Shown: piece after piece, positions 39,725 to 54,700 of the stretch
Layout of the letters: each line of letters starts with the position of its first letter
Position numbering within the stretch: the first letter of the stretch is position 1
DNA from: Isurus oxyrinchus
Taxonomy: Eukaryota
NCBI GenBank assembly: GCA_026770705.1
Contig: JANJGN010000034.1
Coordinates: forward strand, 7,006,001-7,070,000
Direction of reading: 5' to 3'
Length of the DNA stretch: 64,000 bases
Made by a program: the position numbers and the translations under genes
The notes under the pieces: model-generated
Databases searched by the model: none
Seen by the model: only the letters and a program-made list of their open reading frames with translations
Told to the model about the DNA's origin: nothing

Positions 39725-42700
39725 TATCTGCGTTCCAGAAATCTTTTCACACAACCTTGCAAATGCTTGTTCTGCACAATAAGTTGTTGCTCCCCGCCAA
39801 CCCCCTCGCCCCACCCTGTGATTTGTCTATGAATAACCTTATATCTGTGGGGGTTTTTTGCTGGTCGTCCTGCACGTGGGAACCTTTGATTGTTATTTAA
39901 TTTCTTAAGAATAATGTTCTGATTATATTGGGCGTAATTATTATAGGGTTCATTAAGCTTTTTGTCGTGATCAGAAAGATCTCAGCTCCCCTCCGCTGTC
40001 CAATTAAATGACGCCCCTTGTACTGTCGATTAAATCTTCCCTGTGCTCCCAACACGACTTGTGACTCATTGCAAAGCGTGGTGCATCGAATTTGAATACA
40101 ATATCCTAGAGTGGCGCATATAAAACAACAAACGTTGAGATGCTGCACTGAATGTCGACGTATTGATTATATACACATCTTCAGCAGTGAATTCTCCGTC
40201 AATTATTGATCCCAACTAATGCATGGCACTGTTATCTGAGCTAGTTTTCCGGCTGGGTGTGGAATGGATGGCCGTTGCGATAGGATCAGATTCACACTAC
40301 AGCCAAGGATCACTACTAACCAATATATGTAGCATGGTTTACATTATTGTATTGTTGTGGAACTATGCACGCCACAGTATGCTTGACATAGAAACACGTT
40401 AAAAATGTCAAACCACCTGCAAACTTGTACCTTTTCATATAAAACATCAACTGTTTCAATGATTCCAAATTCGTCCTGTTAACGTCATGCCTTGACAGAA
40501 AAGAAGCTGGAAGGTAAAGGAAAAGGTAGGCAGTTTAATGGTTCACTGTTTTAAAAAGACAGAAATGAATGTGTTAGGAACATATATATGCGTGTTTTGT
40601 TTCATGACTAACTTCTCTCAAATAGCATTTAGCATTATTAACGGGATGATTGGTTGAAATTGGTAATGGGCTAACGTGGAGAAAATCTTTCAGCTTGAGC
40701 TAACACCTAGAATTGAGAGCAAGTAAGGTAGGAGGTCAACATTAATCCAACCTCACACTCAGTAGGAAAGCATTGATCCAGGAAACGACAAGAATTTGGA
40801 ATTTGCTGCTGCATGATCCATTGTTTTACAGAATTTCGTATCATTTATTAAGATGAAGGACAGTTATCCACTGAGATCCCACGAATGTTCAATCGAACTG
40901 ACTATTACGGAATAAATGTCATGTCGTCCCCACGAAAATTTTACTTCAGCGTTGTCAACTCCAGATTAATGGCCCCGTGCATTGTTAAGCAAGTTTCCCT
41001 CGTGCTTGCGGTCTGGTTTAAAGACTGTTATTTCCACAAAATAACGATGCCTTCCCTTGAGAACTTGTTCATGCTTTGGGTCATGACTTCGGGAGGATAC
41101 ATGTTGATATCTAAATATCCAGATTGTGTTCCCTCATGTGGCTTGCAGTCATTTCAGTGGCCATGTGTGATTGAAATTTCTCGACACGCTTCTCTGTCAG
41201 CCAACGAGCTGAATTGCGTGCGAGCTTTAAGGAATGCTGTGTAGCAAACACTGTTCATACACTAGTATTCTCTTAAGAATGATCAGCTTACTTTGTTATT
41301 TAAAGTGGAGTCTTTGAAATCAGCATATAGAACTTATTTAAATAATAGCTACACGCAGAAAACATAGTGCCTTGTTAAAGAAAGGCGCTACGAATTACAA
41401 CAAAAGATTTCTAGGTTAACACGAAGTTTGAGTTCTACAGCAAGGAAAATTCACGAATGAAACGATGCTAAAGTCTCTTGTAAAACAGAGAATACTGTCA
41501 CTAATAAAATGCAGTTAGTGGAAGAGTTTCAAGTAACGCAAACCACTTTCCTCTATTCAGCCTCAGTCTCTAACAGCATTGTAGGTTCCAGACACGATTG
41601 TTAAGAGGATTACCAGGCCAGTTTGATTGCTGTCGGTGCATGTCGGGACACTAAACAGATCGCGCTGTTACTCCACCGAAACAATGGCGTTTTATGGCTT
41701 CTGCAATATGTACCAAGACTACAAAGCATGTTTGCTAAGCTTTGAGCCTAAAAATCTCCTTCCGCCTGTAACATTCACATATTTCCTTGGCCGTTTCCAT
41801 AGTCCACCTCTCGACCTCACCCCGGAGTCTGTCCAATAATTAAAGTTTCGTTCGAAATATGGTGAAATGCAGTGAGGTTCCTTTTGCCCTGTGGCACTTC
41901 TGTTTACGTGAAGGCCTTTTAGGAACCTTAGAAATACTCAGCAGATGATACTCTGGCTTACGTGTCCTCAGAACACAAAGGGGAATACATGGCATTTAAA
42001 CAACTCAATGGCTCTTCTGGCGAATGAAGGCTGCTGCAGGACCAAGCCTCCAATCGTTTCAGTTTTCTGCCAATACACCAAGGTGTCGTTGTCTAAAGAC
42101 ACGCAGGAAAGTTTGAACGCAGCGCTTTGCCCATCCTAAAATCTTTCTTTCTTTCCGAGCACATCATCCATGCCATCAGGTGCCCAGCGAATACTGGAGA
42201 AAGCATTGTTGTGTTGTATGCAAACTATCACTTGAAGTATGCTTGTACAGCTTTTGGTGAATTGGGAAAGTGCGCATTCGAAGGTCACGACACCAAAACT
42301 GACAGGAAGCTCATGATCTGTTATTTGTCTCTGATTGGCACCTTACTGTACGGGGCTGCAACATGAGACACGTACAGTAGGCACCTGAATTCCATTGGGT
42401 CATACCGTTAACACTGGCTGTGAAAGAAATTGCAAATTATGTGGGAGGGCAGACAGGTGAACACTAGTGCCCCCTTACAAGCAGGCAATATAAGCTTTGT
42501 GTCTATGCTAATGTGCGATCAGTTTCGGCGAGTTGGCACATAGTTCAGCTGTCAGATATCAGTCTCGGAAAGCAGGTATTGTTCTCCAAGATTAGCCAGG
42601 ACAGACGCACCAGAGGAGCACAGGCAAAGTTCTTCAGTGATGTGCTGAAAAGCAAGATTACAAAAATAATTTATTCTTATTGACACCTCGTTGAACACTG

Positions 42701-45700
42701 TTTATGGATTAAGCCAAACTGCACCAGGCCCTATAAGAAGGACACCAACAAGTTGAGTTCAAACATTTACAAAAGGATTAGGAAAAACAAGATGGGCCAA
42801 AGGAAAAAAGCGTGAGCCGAATTAATGATACACGAGCTGACATCCAACAAGGCAAGAAATACCTTGGGTGCATGAAGTCTGCAAGTCCCGAATCTGCCTC
42901 TTCATCCATCTGAGGTTCATCGAAGACAATCGTCCTCGCTAGTGAGGCATAGCCAGTAATAACATAACTGCAAGGAATGAATCACGTGTGGCCTCATGTT
43001 GCATCAGCTCCAGTTTTGTCAAAACTTTTTCTGTGGAAACAATTTTGGTGTTTTCCTAATAAAGTCACCATATACATGCAAATTGTCCTTTCCTGTCAAC
43101 AGTCTACTTTCAATTTCTACTCCCAATTTTCTGCTGCCAAATCTGAGGGAACATTTGCATGCAGGATTACCACTTGGGGGTTCTTACAGTACAGTTAATC
43201 ATGAGGGAGAAAACCGTGATTCCGGAAGAGAAAATAAACATTTATAACATAAACAAAGGACACAGATTTTCATAGATCGGTTACAGAAAAGAAAGAGGCC
43301 ATGTGGCTCTTGGTGTCGGAGACATATCTTTGGGTCAGTATCTCGGCTGTCCCCATGCTCCACACCTTCACCTACAGAGCGCATGCAACTTGCTGGCTAT
43401 TCAAAGAATTACCCAGCTGCCTATTAAAAGACACGATTGTCCCTTCGCCGAGCCCATTCTTAGGAATTGCATTTAGGAACGTAATGATGCTCTGCACATT
43501 TAATTTTCCCCTTGTTCCCTTTGGTTTTCTGTCAGTTAACATTAAATTAATGTCTTCCAATTCTTGACCATTCCAGATGGAATAGTCTATACTTGCCTAA
43601 CATGTCCAGGCCACGTTGTGAATTTGAAAAGCCCCATCAAATCTTCTTTCAATCATCTTGTATCAATGTACAACCGCTCTGTATTCTCAATTATTTCCAC
43701 CTGGAAGAAACAATCATCTCTGGAAACATTCCCATTAATACAATCTCTGCCCTGTCAAACTCCTTCACTTCTCCCTAAACTATGATGTCCAAAATATGAT
43801 ACAAATCCCTAGTTGAAGTGGAACTAGCGGCTAAATTGTTTTACCATAACTTCCTTTCTTTGCTGCCTATTCATCTATTTATGAAGCCGAAGATTTCATC
43901 TGGCTAAGGGACCGCATTTTCCATCTGCCCTGCATCTTGCAACCATTTGTGCTCTTATACTCCCAAAGACCCATAAGCAGCTAAAGTCCCCTTAGGAATG
44001 CGACCACGAGTTGTCATTACCTCTTTCTACCACAATGTATCACTTCATGCCTCTCTCCACTAATTTCAACAGCATTATTGCCTCCCATTCCACCAGTCCA
44101 TCTGTTTCCATTTGAAGTATTTTACCATCTGGTTTGCAATTCATAGACTGTAAAATCTGAAAACTTTGAAGTTTTTCCCTGGACACTCAGGTCTAGGTCC
44201 TTGATGCATACCACGTAGATTGATGGGAAGGAGGAAACTGCGCAATTTTGCAGACAATTCAGTGTGGATTATCCATTTTATGAATTACAGAGCTAAGCGA
44301 TTTTCAACAAGCTGTAAAAGACCTAGGTGAGCACAATATTAACGATGTCACTTTAGATTACATGCCTTATTATTTTGAGCCATTAAACAAATACTTTTAT
44401 TTTTGTTAAAACGTGAAGTCATAAATTCAGGCACATGTTTTTAGCGTTAGGCCCACATTCGCTGCTGTTGATTTCAATAAACGAAAATACTGGGCAGAAA
44501 GCAAAACATGCCGACCATCTGATAGTGGGCAGGATGAATTTCCGATGCTCCATGCATCATGATTATTGGTGCGTTTTGTCACAACTCTTACCGAATCCTG
44601 CACACTAACGGAATAATGACTTTTGTTTAACTTTATCGATTTGGCACAAAGTTGGCAAAGTGTTCTAACCAAGAACGAAACTCCTCCCACTCCTGAAAAA
44701 CGCTGTTTAATCCTACAATTTTTGGTCTGTTTATCATGTAATCTCGAACAGAAGAAAAACTGACTGCAAAAGAAAAAGGTACCTGATCTGAAATTTTTTC
44801 TTCAAAAAGCCAGAGATTGACAATGGCTGACTGCTTCTTTACATGATTTGTTTTGTTTTCCTATGAATATTTAATGTTTTTATCAACAAAGCAGACTACG
44901 AAAATGTACCCGAAGGGTTTGCAGCAGAGGAATCCTATAAGTGCGCTCGATAGTTTCGAGTTAGGAGGGCATATTTGCCGATGCTGTGTCAGACAATTTT
45001 GTAAGACAATAAATAACATGTCAACTAATGAAATGAATAAGGAATTCACTTAATGCTCCTTAAACAAGGTAATGGTAACGGTGAAGTACTAGCTAGCACA
45101 GTGAAGTTAGAAATAAACGGAAGTGGTGGTTAAGAACGACAGTGTTACTGAAAGAGTTTATGAAGGTGCTCTTATGGCGCCATTGTGGAGCCACGACTTT
45201 CAGCCAGAAGCTCGCGTTCAAGTCTCACTTCAACACTTGCTGGCTGTTAAAGATGCATTCGTACGGTGGCCAGCTGATACCAACCTGTAAAACCTTCCAA
45301 TGCACATGGCGGCTGGTGCTAAGAACAGGAGAGATGCTGGCCAGCCAAACAGCAGAAAACAATGTCAAATGACTGTCGTACATTGCCAAGCATAATCATG
45401 GCCAATTCCAATGCAAATCCATTACCATCAACAAAATCTCAAAGCAAGTTAACTGGAAAAGCATGAATGAAATAAGATGTGTTAAGTTGCTCTGGTGCAG
45501 GATAGGCTTAGGCATGGGACACTTGATGGGAAGGACAGATATTTTCCGCTAATTTATATGGGTCGGACTACCATCTCAGTACCGAAATCATTAGATTTAA
45601 ATCTTTTTTTTGAAATGTAAATCACTCCAAATTGTTAAGGAACAATGACAGAGTGCAATCTATAGTTGATCGGTGACGTGCCTAACCAGGGAGAAGCACT

Positions 45701-48700
45701 GTGTATCTACGTAAATAATGTAACTGAACAATTGTTAACAGGAAGAACTTGGCAAAGTCCCGCAATAAAAGAAAATCTGCAAAAGCATTTGGTTTCACGG
45801 TTGTGCAGGTTAATTTGCAAACAGAACGACCGTGCATGTTACTAATTGAGATTTTCAGCGCCGTTAAAGATGGAATTATGCGATGTCTTATTTTTAAGCA
45901 TATATAAAATGCAAGTAAAATATACTAAAGCATGCCATGCAACTATTGGATGGCCGCCTCGAGGAGATTCAATGTGATGTCTCTGTATGTTATTGCACGA
46001 TCTGTACTCAAGTAAGGTGACCAATGCCAGCCTCGTGCTTATTGCTATTGCAATCCCAGCACTCTGCTCTTCGTTAAAATGGAGTACGAAAGGGCGGCCC
46101 AAATTAGACCTCGTATTTTTATGAATATGATACAAGGTTCAGATGAGTTAAATATTTTACTGTTATTTATGGGCAGGTTTAGTCGGTGCTTCAGGAGGAT
46201 GTGAGCGGAAGTACATATGGTAATAAGAAATGCAGTATGTCGAAGTATGGAGCGTTTGGAAGGACATAATGCACTTTGTCGAATACCTTGACCAGTACTG
46301 TAAATTCTGCATAGTAAGTCGTGAGGGTCGGGGGTGGGGGGGGGGGGGGGCGGGGAGGGTGGGGAGAGGGGGAAACGTGCTGAAATTAAAATAATGATGA
46401 AACTCTCACATCTCACTATTCTAGAGATTCTAACGTGCCAAGAGTCTTTAAAGGATTCAGGTGGGAAATGTATTTGCTTTTGTGTGAAATACCCGCTGCC
46501 CAAAATATTCCTGCAATCCCTAGCCCACACGTGGAATACAGAAATGCCGATCAGTAATTTAAAATGTACAGATGTAAACTTTGCCTGCATCATGTAGTTA
46601 TCTAGTACAGGAACAGCCCAACCCTCCACTTGCCTGTTATTGCTATATCTCGCTCCTTCTCTCTCTATCTTTCTGATTAGCTGCGTTCCAGAAATCTTTT
46701 CACAGAACCTTGCAAATGCTTGTCCTGCACAATAAGTTGTTGCTCCCCGCCAACGGCCTCCCCACCCCCCACCCTATGATTTGTCTATGAGAAACCATAC
46801 ATCTGTGTTTCTTTGTTGCTCCTCGTCCTAGACGTGGGAACCATTTATTGTTACTTAATTTCTTAAGAATGAAGGTCTCATCATATTGGGCGTCATTATC
46901 ATAGGGTCCATTAACCTTTTTGCGTGATCAGAAAAATCTCATCTCCCGTCCGCTGTCTATATGACAGCCGTCCCGGTACTGTCGATTAAATCTTCCCTGT
47001 GTTCCCAACTCGATTTGTGAATCATTGCAAAGTGTAGTGCCTCGAATTTGAATACAATGTCCTAACGTGGCGCATATAAAACAACAAATGTTGAGATGCT
47101 GCACTGAGTGTCGATGTCTTGGTGAGATACAAATCTTCAGCAGTGAATTCTCTGTCAATTATTGATCCCGACTAATGCGTGGCACTGTTAGCTGAGCTGG
47201 TTGTCTGGCTGGGCGTGGAATGGATGGCCGTTGCGATAGGGTCAGTTTCACGCTAAAGCCAAGGATCACTATTTACCACTATATGTAGCACGATCTACAT
47301 TATTGATTTGTTGTGGAGATATGCATGCAACAGTAGGCATAGCAACACGTTAAAAATGTCAATCAACCTGCAAACTTGTGCCTTTTCAAAAACATCATCA
47401 ACTGTTTCAATGATTCCACAATTGTCCCGTTAACGTTATGCCTTGACAGAAACAAAGCTGGAAGACAAAGAAAAAGGTTGGCAGCTTAATGGTTCGCTGT
47501 TTTAAAAAGACAGAAATTAACGTGTTAGGAACAGATCTATGCATCTTTTGTTTCATCATTAACTTCGCTGAATTAGCATTTACCATTATTAACTGGAAGA
47601 TTGGTTGAATTTGGTAATGGGCTATATGTGCAGAAAATCTTTCAGCTTGAGGTCACAGCCAAAATTGAGAGCAAGTAAGGTAGGAGTTTAACATTAATCC
47701 AACCTCCCACTCAGGAGGAAAGTATTGATCCCGAAAAGGACAAGAATTTGGAATGCACTGCTGCATGATCCTTTATTATACGGAATTTTGCATGATTTTT
47801 TACGGCCAAGGACATTTATCCACCGAGATCCAACGAATGTTCAATCGACCTGATTATCACGGAGTAAATATCGTGTCAACCCAGGAAAATTTTACTTCAG
47901 CATTGTCAACTCCAGACTAATGGCCCACGTACATTGTTGAGCAAGTTTACCTCGTGCTTGCAGTCTGGTTTAAAGACTGTTACTACCACAACTAACGATG
48001 CCTTCCCTTGAGGACTTGTTCATGCTTTGGGTCATGACGTCGGAATGATACATGTAGATCCATAATATCCAGACTGTTTTCCCTCAGGTGGTTTGCAGTC
48101 GTTTCAGGGGCCATGTGTGATTGAAATCTCTCGACGCATTCTCTGTCAGCCAATGAGCTGAATGGAGTGCGAGCATTAAGGAATGCTGTGTAGCAAACGC
48201 TGTACATTTCATGCACTAAATATCAAATACTAAAGAGCAATCTGTCAATTCAGCATATAGAACCTATTTAAATAACATCTACACCCACAAAAACATGGTG
48301 CCTAGTTAAACAAAGGCGCTACGAATTACACCAAAACATTTCTAGGTTAACAAAAAGTTTAAGTTCTCCGGCAAAGAAAATTCCCGAATGAAAACATGCC
48401 AATGCCTCTTGCAAAAAGCCGAAGTTCCTCACCAATAAAATACAGTTAGTGGAAGAGTGTCAATTAATGCCTAACACATTCATCTATTCAACGTCAGTCT
48501 CTAACAGCAGTGCAGGTTCCAAACACGATTGTTAAGAAGATTACCAGGCCAGTTTGATTGCTGTCGGGGAATGTGGGGATACTAAATCCATCACGCTGTT
48601 TATTGACCTTACGAATGGCGTTTTATGGCTTCTGAAAATTGTCCCAAGGCCCCAAAGCATGTTTGCTAAACGTTGCGCCTAAAATTCTGCTTCTGCCTTT

Positions 48701-51700
48701 AACAATCACATATGTCCTGGATGATTTCTACAGTCCATCCATCGTCCTCACCCCGGAGTTTGTCCAATAATTAAAGTTTTGTTCGAAACATGGTGAAATG
48801 CAGTGAGGTTCCTTACGCTCTGTGGCACTTCTGTTACCGAGAAGGCATGTTAGGACCTAAGAAATACTCAGCAGGTGATGCTCTGGCTTACATGCCCTCA
48901 GAACAAAAAATGGAATGCATGGCATCTTAAACAACTCAATGGCTCTTATGGCGACTGGAGGCTGCTGCAGGACGAAGCCTACAATCATTTCAGTTTTCTG
49001 CCATTGGACCAAGGTGCCGTTTTCTAAAGACACGCAGGGAAGTTTGTATGCAGCGGCTTGCCCATCCTAAAATCTTTCTTTCTTTCCGAGCACATCTACC
49101 ATACATTCAGGTGTCCAGCAAATGCTTGAGTAGCATTGTTGGGTTTTATGCAAGCTATGCCTTGAAGTATGCTTATACAGCTTTTGGTCAATTGAGAAAG
49201 TGAGCATTCAAAGGTCGCAACACCAAAACTGACAGGAAGCTTATGATCTGTTATTTGTCTCTGATTCCCACCTTACTGTATGGGGCTGCAACATGGACAA
49301 CGTACAGGAGGCACCTGAATGCCCATGGGTCATACCCTTAACACTGGCTGTGAAACAAATAGCATATTATGTGGGAGGGCAGACAGGTGCCCTCTTACAA
49401 ACTGGCAACATACGCTTTGGGTCTATGATAATGTGCAATCAGCTTCGATGAGTTGGCACACAGTTCGGCTGTCAGATATCAGGCTCGGAAAGCAGGTATT
49501 GTTCGCCAAGATTAGCCAGGAAAGACGCACCAGAGGAGCGCAGAGGAAGTTCTTCAGTGATGTGCTGAAAGGCAAGTTGACGAAAATATATTATTCTTCT
49601 CGACACCTCATTGAACACCGCTTATGGATTAAGCCAAACGGCAGCAGGCCCTGTAGGAAAGACCCCAGCACTTTAACTCCGAGCAACTACAAAATGATTC
49701 GGAAAAACAAGAGGGGCCAAAGGAAAACAGCATGACCCGAATTAATAATACACGACCTGACATCCAACGAGGCAACAAATGCCTTGGGTGCATGAAGTCT
49801 GCAGGTCCTGAATCTGCCTCATCATCCATCAAAGGCTCTTGGAAGACAATCGTCCTCGCTAGTGAGGCGTAGCCAGTAATAACAGTATCTGCAAGCAATT
49901 AATCACGTGTCCCAATGAAGCCTCATGTTGCATCAGCTCCAGTTTTGTCGAGACTGTTTCAGCGGAAACAATTTTGATGTTTTAACGGATTAAGTCTCTA
50001 TATACATGCAAATTGTCCTTTTCTGTCAGCTGTCTACTTTTAATCTCTGCTAGCAAGTTTCTGCTGCCAAATCTGAGGAAAAAGTTGCTCGCAGGACGAC
50101 TACGTGGGGATGCTTTCAGTACTGTAAACCATTTGGGAGAAAACCATGCTTCATGAAGAGAAGCTAAACATTTGTAATATAATCAAAGAATACAGCTTGT
50201 CATAGATCGGTTACAGCACAGAAAGAGGCCATCAGGCCATTTGCATCGGAGGCGAGTCTTTTGATTAATACTGTGGTTGCTCGCAAGCTCCCGACCTTCA
50301 CCTGCAGTGCTGAAAATTGCTTGCTTATCAAAGAATTACCCAGTTCCCTATTAAAAGTGAGGATTTTCCCTTCGCTGAGATCATCCTTACTCATTGCATT
50401 TCAGAACCTAATGATGGAAAGCACATTTATTTTTTTCCCACGTCCACTTAGATTTTATTTCAGTTGAAGTTAAAACAATGTCTTCTGGTTCTTGACGATT
50501 CCAGTGGGGAACAGTCTATACCTGCCTAACATTTCCAGGCCACATCGTGAATTTGAAAAACCCCATCAAATCTCATTTCAGTCATATTTTATCTATGTAC
50601 AACTGCTCTAAATTCTCCAATCTTTCCACCTAGAAGAAATAATTGTCTCTGGAAACATTCCCATGAATACATTCTCTAACCTCTCTAGCGCCTTCACTTC
50701 TCGCTAAACAATGGTATCCAAAATATTCCCTAGTTGAACTCGAACTACAAGTTAAAGTGGTTACCATAACTTCCTGTCACTGCTGCCTATTCATCGATTT
50801 ATAGAGCCGAGGATTTCATCTGGCTCAGTGAAAGCGTTTTCAATCTGCTCTGCATCTTGCAACCATTTGCCTCTTATACTCGCAAAGAACCATCAGCAGC
50901 TTCAATCCCCTTTGGGGTGCTACCACAAATTCTTCATTACCTCTTCCTACCAAAATGTATCACTTGATGCCTCTCTCTATTAATTTCAACTGCAATAGTT
51001 CCTCTCATCTCACCAGTCCATCTGCGTCCGTTTGATGTATTTCACCATCTTCCTGGCTATTCATACATGGAAAACCTGAAAACTTTGAAGTTTTGCCCTG
51101 GACACTCAGGTCTAGGTCCGTGATGCATATCAGTTAGATAGGAAGGGGGAAACTGCGTATTGTTGTTGACACTTCAGTGTGGATCAGCCATTTTATGAAT
51201 TACAGAGCTCAGCATCTGTCAACAAACTGGAAAAGACCTAGGTGAGTTGAAAATTCCCGGTGTCGCTTTACATTACATGCCTTGTTATTTTGAACTGTTA
51301 AGCAAATAATTTTATGTTCGTTAAAAAGTTGTCATCAATTCTGGCACCCGTTGTTTGGCGATATGCCCACATTTGCTAATGTTAATTTCAATAAAAAAAA
51401 TTCTTGGCAAAAAGCAAAACTGGCCAACCATCCGACAGTGGGCAGGATGAATTTTCGATGCTCCCTGCGTCATGATTAATGGTGCTTTTTGTCACAACTC
51501 TTACTGAATCCGGCACACTAACGGAATAATGACTTTTTTTAACTTTATCAATTTGGCACCAAGTTGGCAAAGTGTTCTAACCAATAACGAAAGTCCTCCC
51601 ACTCGTAAAAAATGTTGTTTAATCCTACAATTTCTGGTTTGCTTATCATGTAATCCCGAACAGAAGAAACACTGACTGCAAAAGAAAAAGGTACCTGATC

Positions 51701-54700
51701 TAACATTTTTTTCTTCAAAAAGCCAGAGATTGACAAAGGCTGATTGCTTCTTTACATGATTTGTTTTGTTTTCATATGAATGTTTTATGTTTTTTTTAAC
51801 TAAGCAGATTTTTAGAGTGTAACCTAAGTGTTGCAGCAGAAGAATCCTATACGTTTGTTCCATGGTTTTGATTTACTAGGGCATATTTTCCGATGCTGTG
51901 TCACACAAGTTGGAAGCTAGTAAATAACCTGTAAACTAATGTATTGAATAAGGAATTCACTTAATGCTCCTTAAACAAGGTCGTGGTAAAAACAAAGTAC
52001 TCGCTAGCACAGTGAAGTTAGAAATAAAACCTATGTGCTCATTAACAATGACAGGTTTGCTGATAGAGTTTATGAAGGAGTTCTTGTGACGCTGTTGTGG
52101 AGTCACAACTTCTGGCCAGAAGCTCCGTGTTCAAGTCTCACTTCAGGACTTGCTGGCTGCTGAATCTGTTTTTGTAAGGTGGCGGGCTGTATTGGTTACC
52201 AACTTGCAAAACCTTCAAATGCGCCTGGCAGCAGGTGTTAGGAACGGGGGAGATGCTGGCCATTGAGAATGCAAAAGAAACATGGAATGACTGTCGTACT
52301 TTACCAAGCATAAGCATGGCCAAAACGAAAGGAAATCGATGATCACCAACACACTCTGAATGCAACTACCTTGAAAAGCAGGATTAAATAATGTATTAGT
52401 TAAGTTGCTCTAGTGGATGATAGGCTGAGGCATGGGGCACTTCATTGGAGGGACAGATATTTTGCTCTAAATTATATGGGCCGGATTACCCTCTCTACCG
52501 AACACCATAGAAGTAAATGTTATTTTGAAATGTAACTCACTCCAAATTGGAAAGGAAAAATAACAGAGCGCCCTCTATAGTTGATCGGTGACGTGCCTGA
52601 CCAGGGTGAAGCACCGTGCATCTACTTAAATAATATAATTGAACAATAATTAACAGGAAGAAATTGGCAAAGTCCTGCACAAAAAGAAAATCTGCAAAGG
52701 CATTTGGTTTCACGGTTGTGTAAGTTAAATTGCAAACACAAGCACAGTGCATGTTACTAATTGAGACCTACAGCGCCGGTAAAGATGGAATTCTGCGATG
52801 TCTTATTTTTAAGCATGTATAATATGCAAGTAAGCTATCATAAAGCATGCCATGCAACTATTGTTGACCGTCTCGGGGAGATTCAATGTGATGTCTCTGT
52901 ATGTTTTTGCCCAACCTGTACTCAACTAATGTGACCCATGCCAGCCTCGCGATTATTGCTACTGCAACCCCAGCGCTCTGTAATGTTTATTATGTGCTAT
53001 TCATTAAAATGCAGTACGAAATGGTGGCCCAAATTAGACCTCGTATTTTTATGAATATGATACAAGGATCAGCTGAGGTAAATATTCTGCCGTTATTCAT
53101 GTTTAGTTTAAGTCGGCACTTCAGAAGGAAGTGAGCGGAAGTACATATGGGTAATATGAGATGGAGTATGTCGAAGCATGGAGCACATGGAAGGACATAA
53201 TCCACTTTGTCGAATACCTTGACCTGTAGTGCAAATTCTGCATAGTAAGTCCGGAGGGTGGGAGGGAGGGAGAGGAGGAAACGTGCTGAAATTGAAATAA
53301 TGGTAAACTCTCACATCTCACTATTCTAGAGATTCTAACGTGCAAAGAGTCTTTAAAGGATTCAGGTGGGAAATATATTTGTTATTTGTGTAAAATACCC
53401 GCTGCACAAAATAGTCCTGCAATTGCTAGCCCACACATAGAAAACAGATATGTCGATCTGTATTTTTAAATATACAGAGGTACACTTTACCTGCATCATA
53501 TACTTATCCAGCACAGAAAAAGGCCAGCCCTCCACCTTCCCTGTAATTGCATCTCTCTCCCTCTCTCTCTCTCTCTGATTGCCTGCGTTCCAGAAGTATT
53601 TTCCAATAACCTTGCACAACAATTCTTTCTGCTGGCTTACTCCCCGCAAACCCCCTCAGGCCCCACCCGATGATTTCTCTATCAGTAAGCATAAATCTGT
53701 GTTTCTTTGTTGCTAGTCGTCCTGGACGTGGGAACCTTTTATTGTTATTTAATTTCTTAACAAGGCTGGTCATTATCAAAGATTCCATCAACCTTCTTGC
53801 GGTGATCAGAAAGATCTCAGCTCCCCTTCGCTGTCTGTATAACTGACGCCCCTGGTACTTTCGATTTAATCTTCCCTGGGCTCCCAACACGATTTGTGAA
53901 TCATTGCAAAGCGTGGTGCGTCGAATTTGAATACAATATCCTAAAGTGGTGCATATTGAACAACAAATGTTGAGATGCTCCACTGAGTGTCGACGTATTG
54001 GTTAGATACACATCTTCAGCAGTGAGTTCTCCGTCAATCATTGATCCGGACTAATGTGTGGCACTGTTAGATGAGCTGGTTGTCTGGCTGGGCGTGGAAT
54101 GGATGGCCGTTGCAATAGGGTCAATTTCACGCTACAGTCCAGGATCACTATTTACCACTATATGTAGCATGATCTACATTATTGTATTGTTGCGGAGGTA
54201 TGCACGCAGCAGTATGCTTGACATAGCAACACGTTAAAAATGACAATCCACTTGCAAATTTGTGCCATTTCATATAAATCATCAACTGTTTCAATGATTC
54301 CACAGTCTTCCTGTTAACGTCATGCCTTGACAGAAAAAAAGTTGGAAGACAAAGAAAAAGGTAGGCAGTTTAAGGATTCGCTGTTTTAAAAAGACAGAAA
54401 TTAACGTGTTAGGAACATAACTATGCGTCTTTTTTTCATGATTAATTGCTCTGAAATAGCATTTAGCATTATTAACCGGAAGATCGGCTGAATTTGATAA
54501 TGGGCTATAAGTGGAGAAAAAGTTTCAGCTTGAGTTCACAGCCGAAATTGGGCCGAGTAAATTAGGAGTTTAACATTAATTCAACCTCCCACTCAGGAGG
54601 AAAATATTGGACCAGAAAACAACCAGCATTAGGAATTTGCTGCTGCATGATCCTATGTTATACGGAATTTCACTCCATTTTTTTGAGGCCAAGCACAGCG

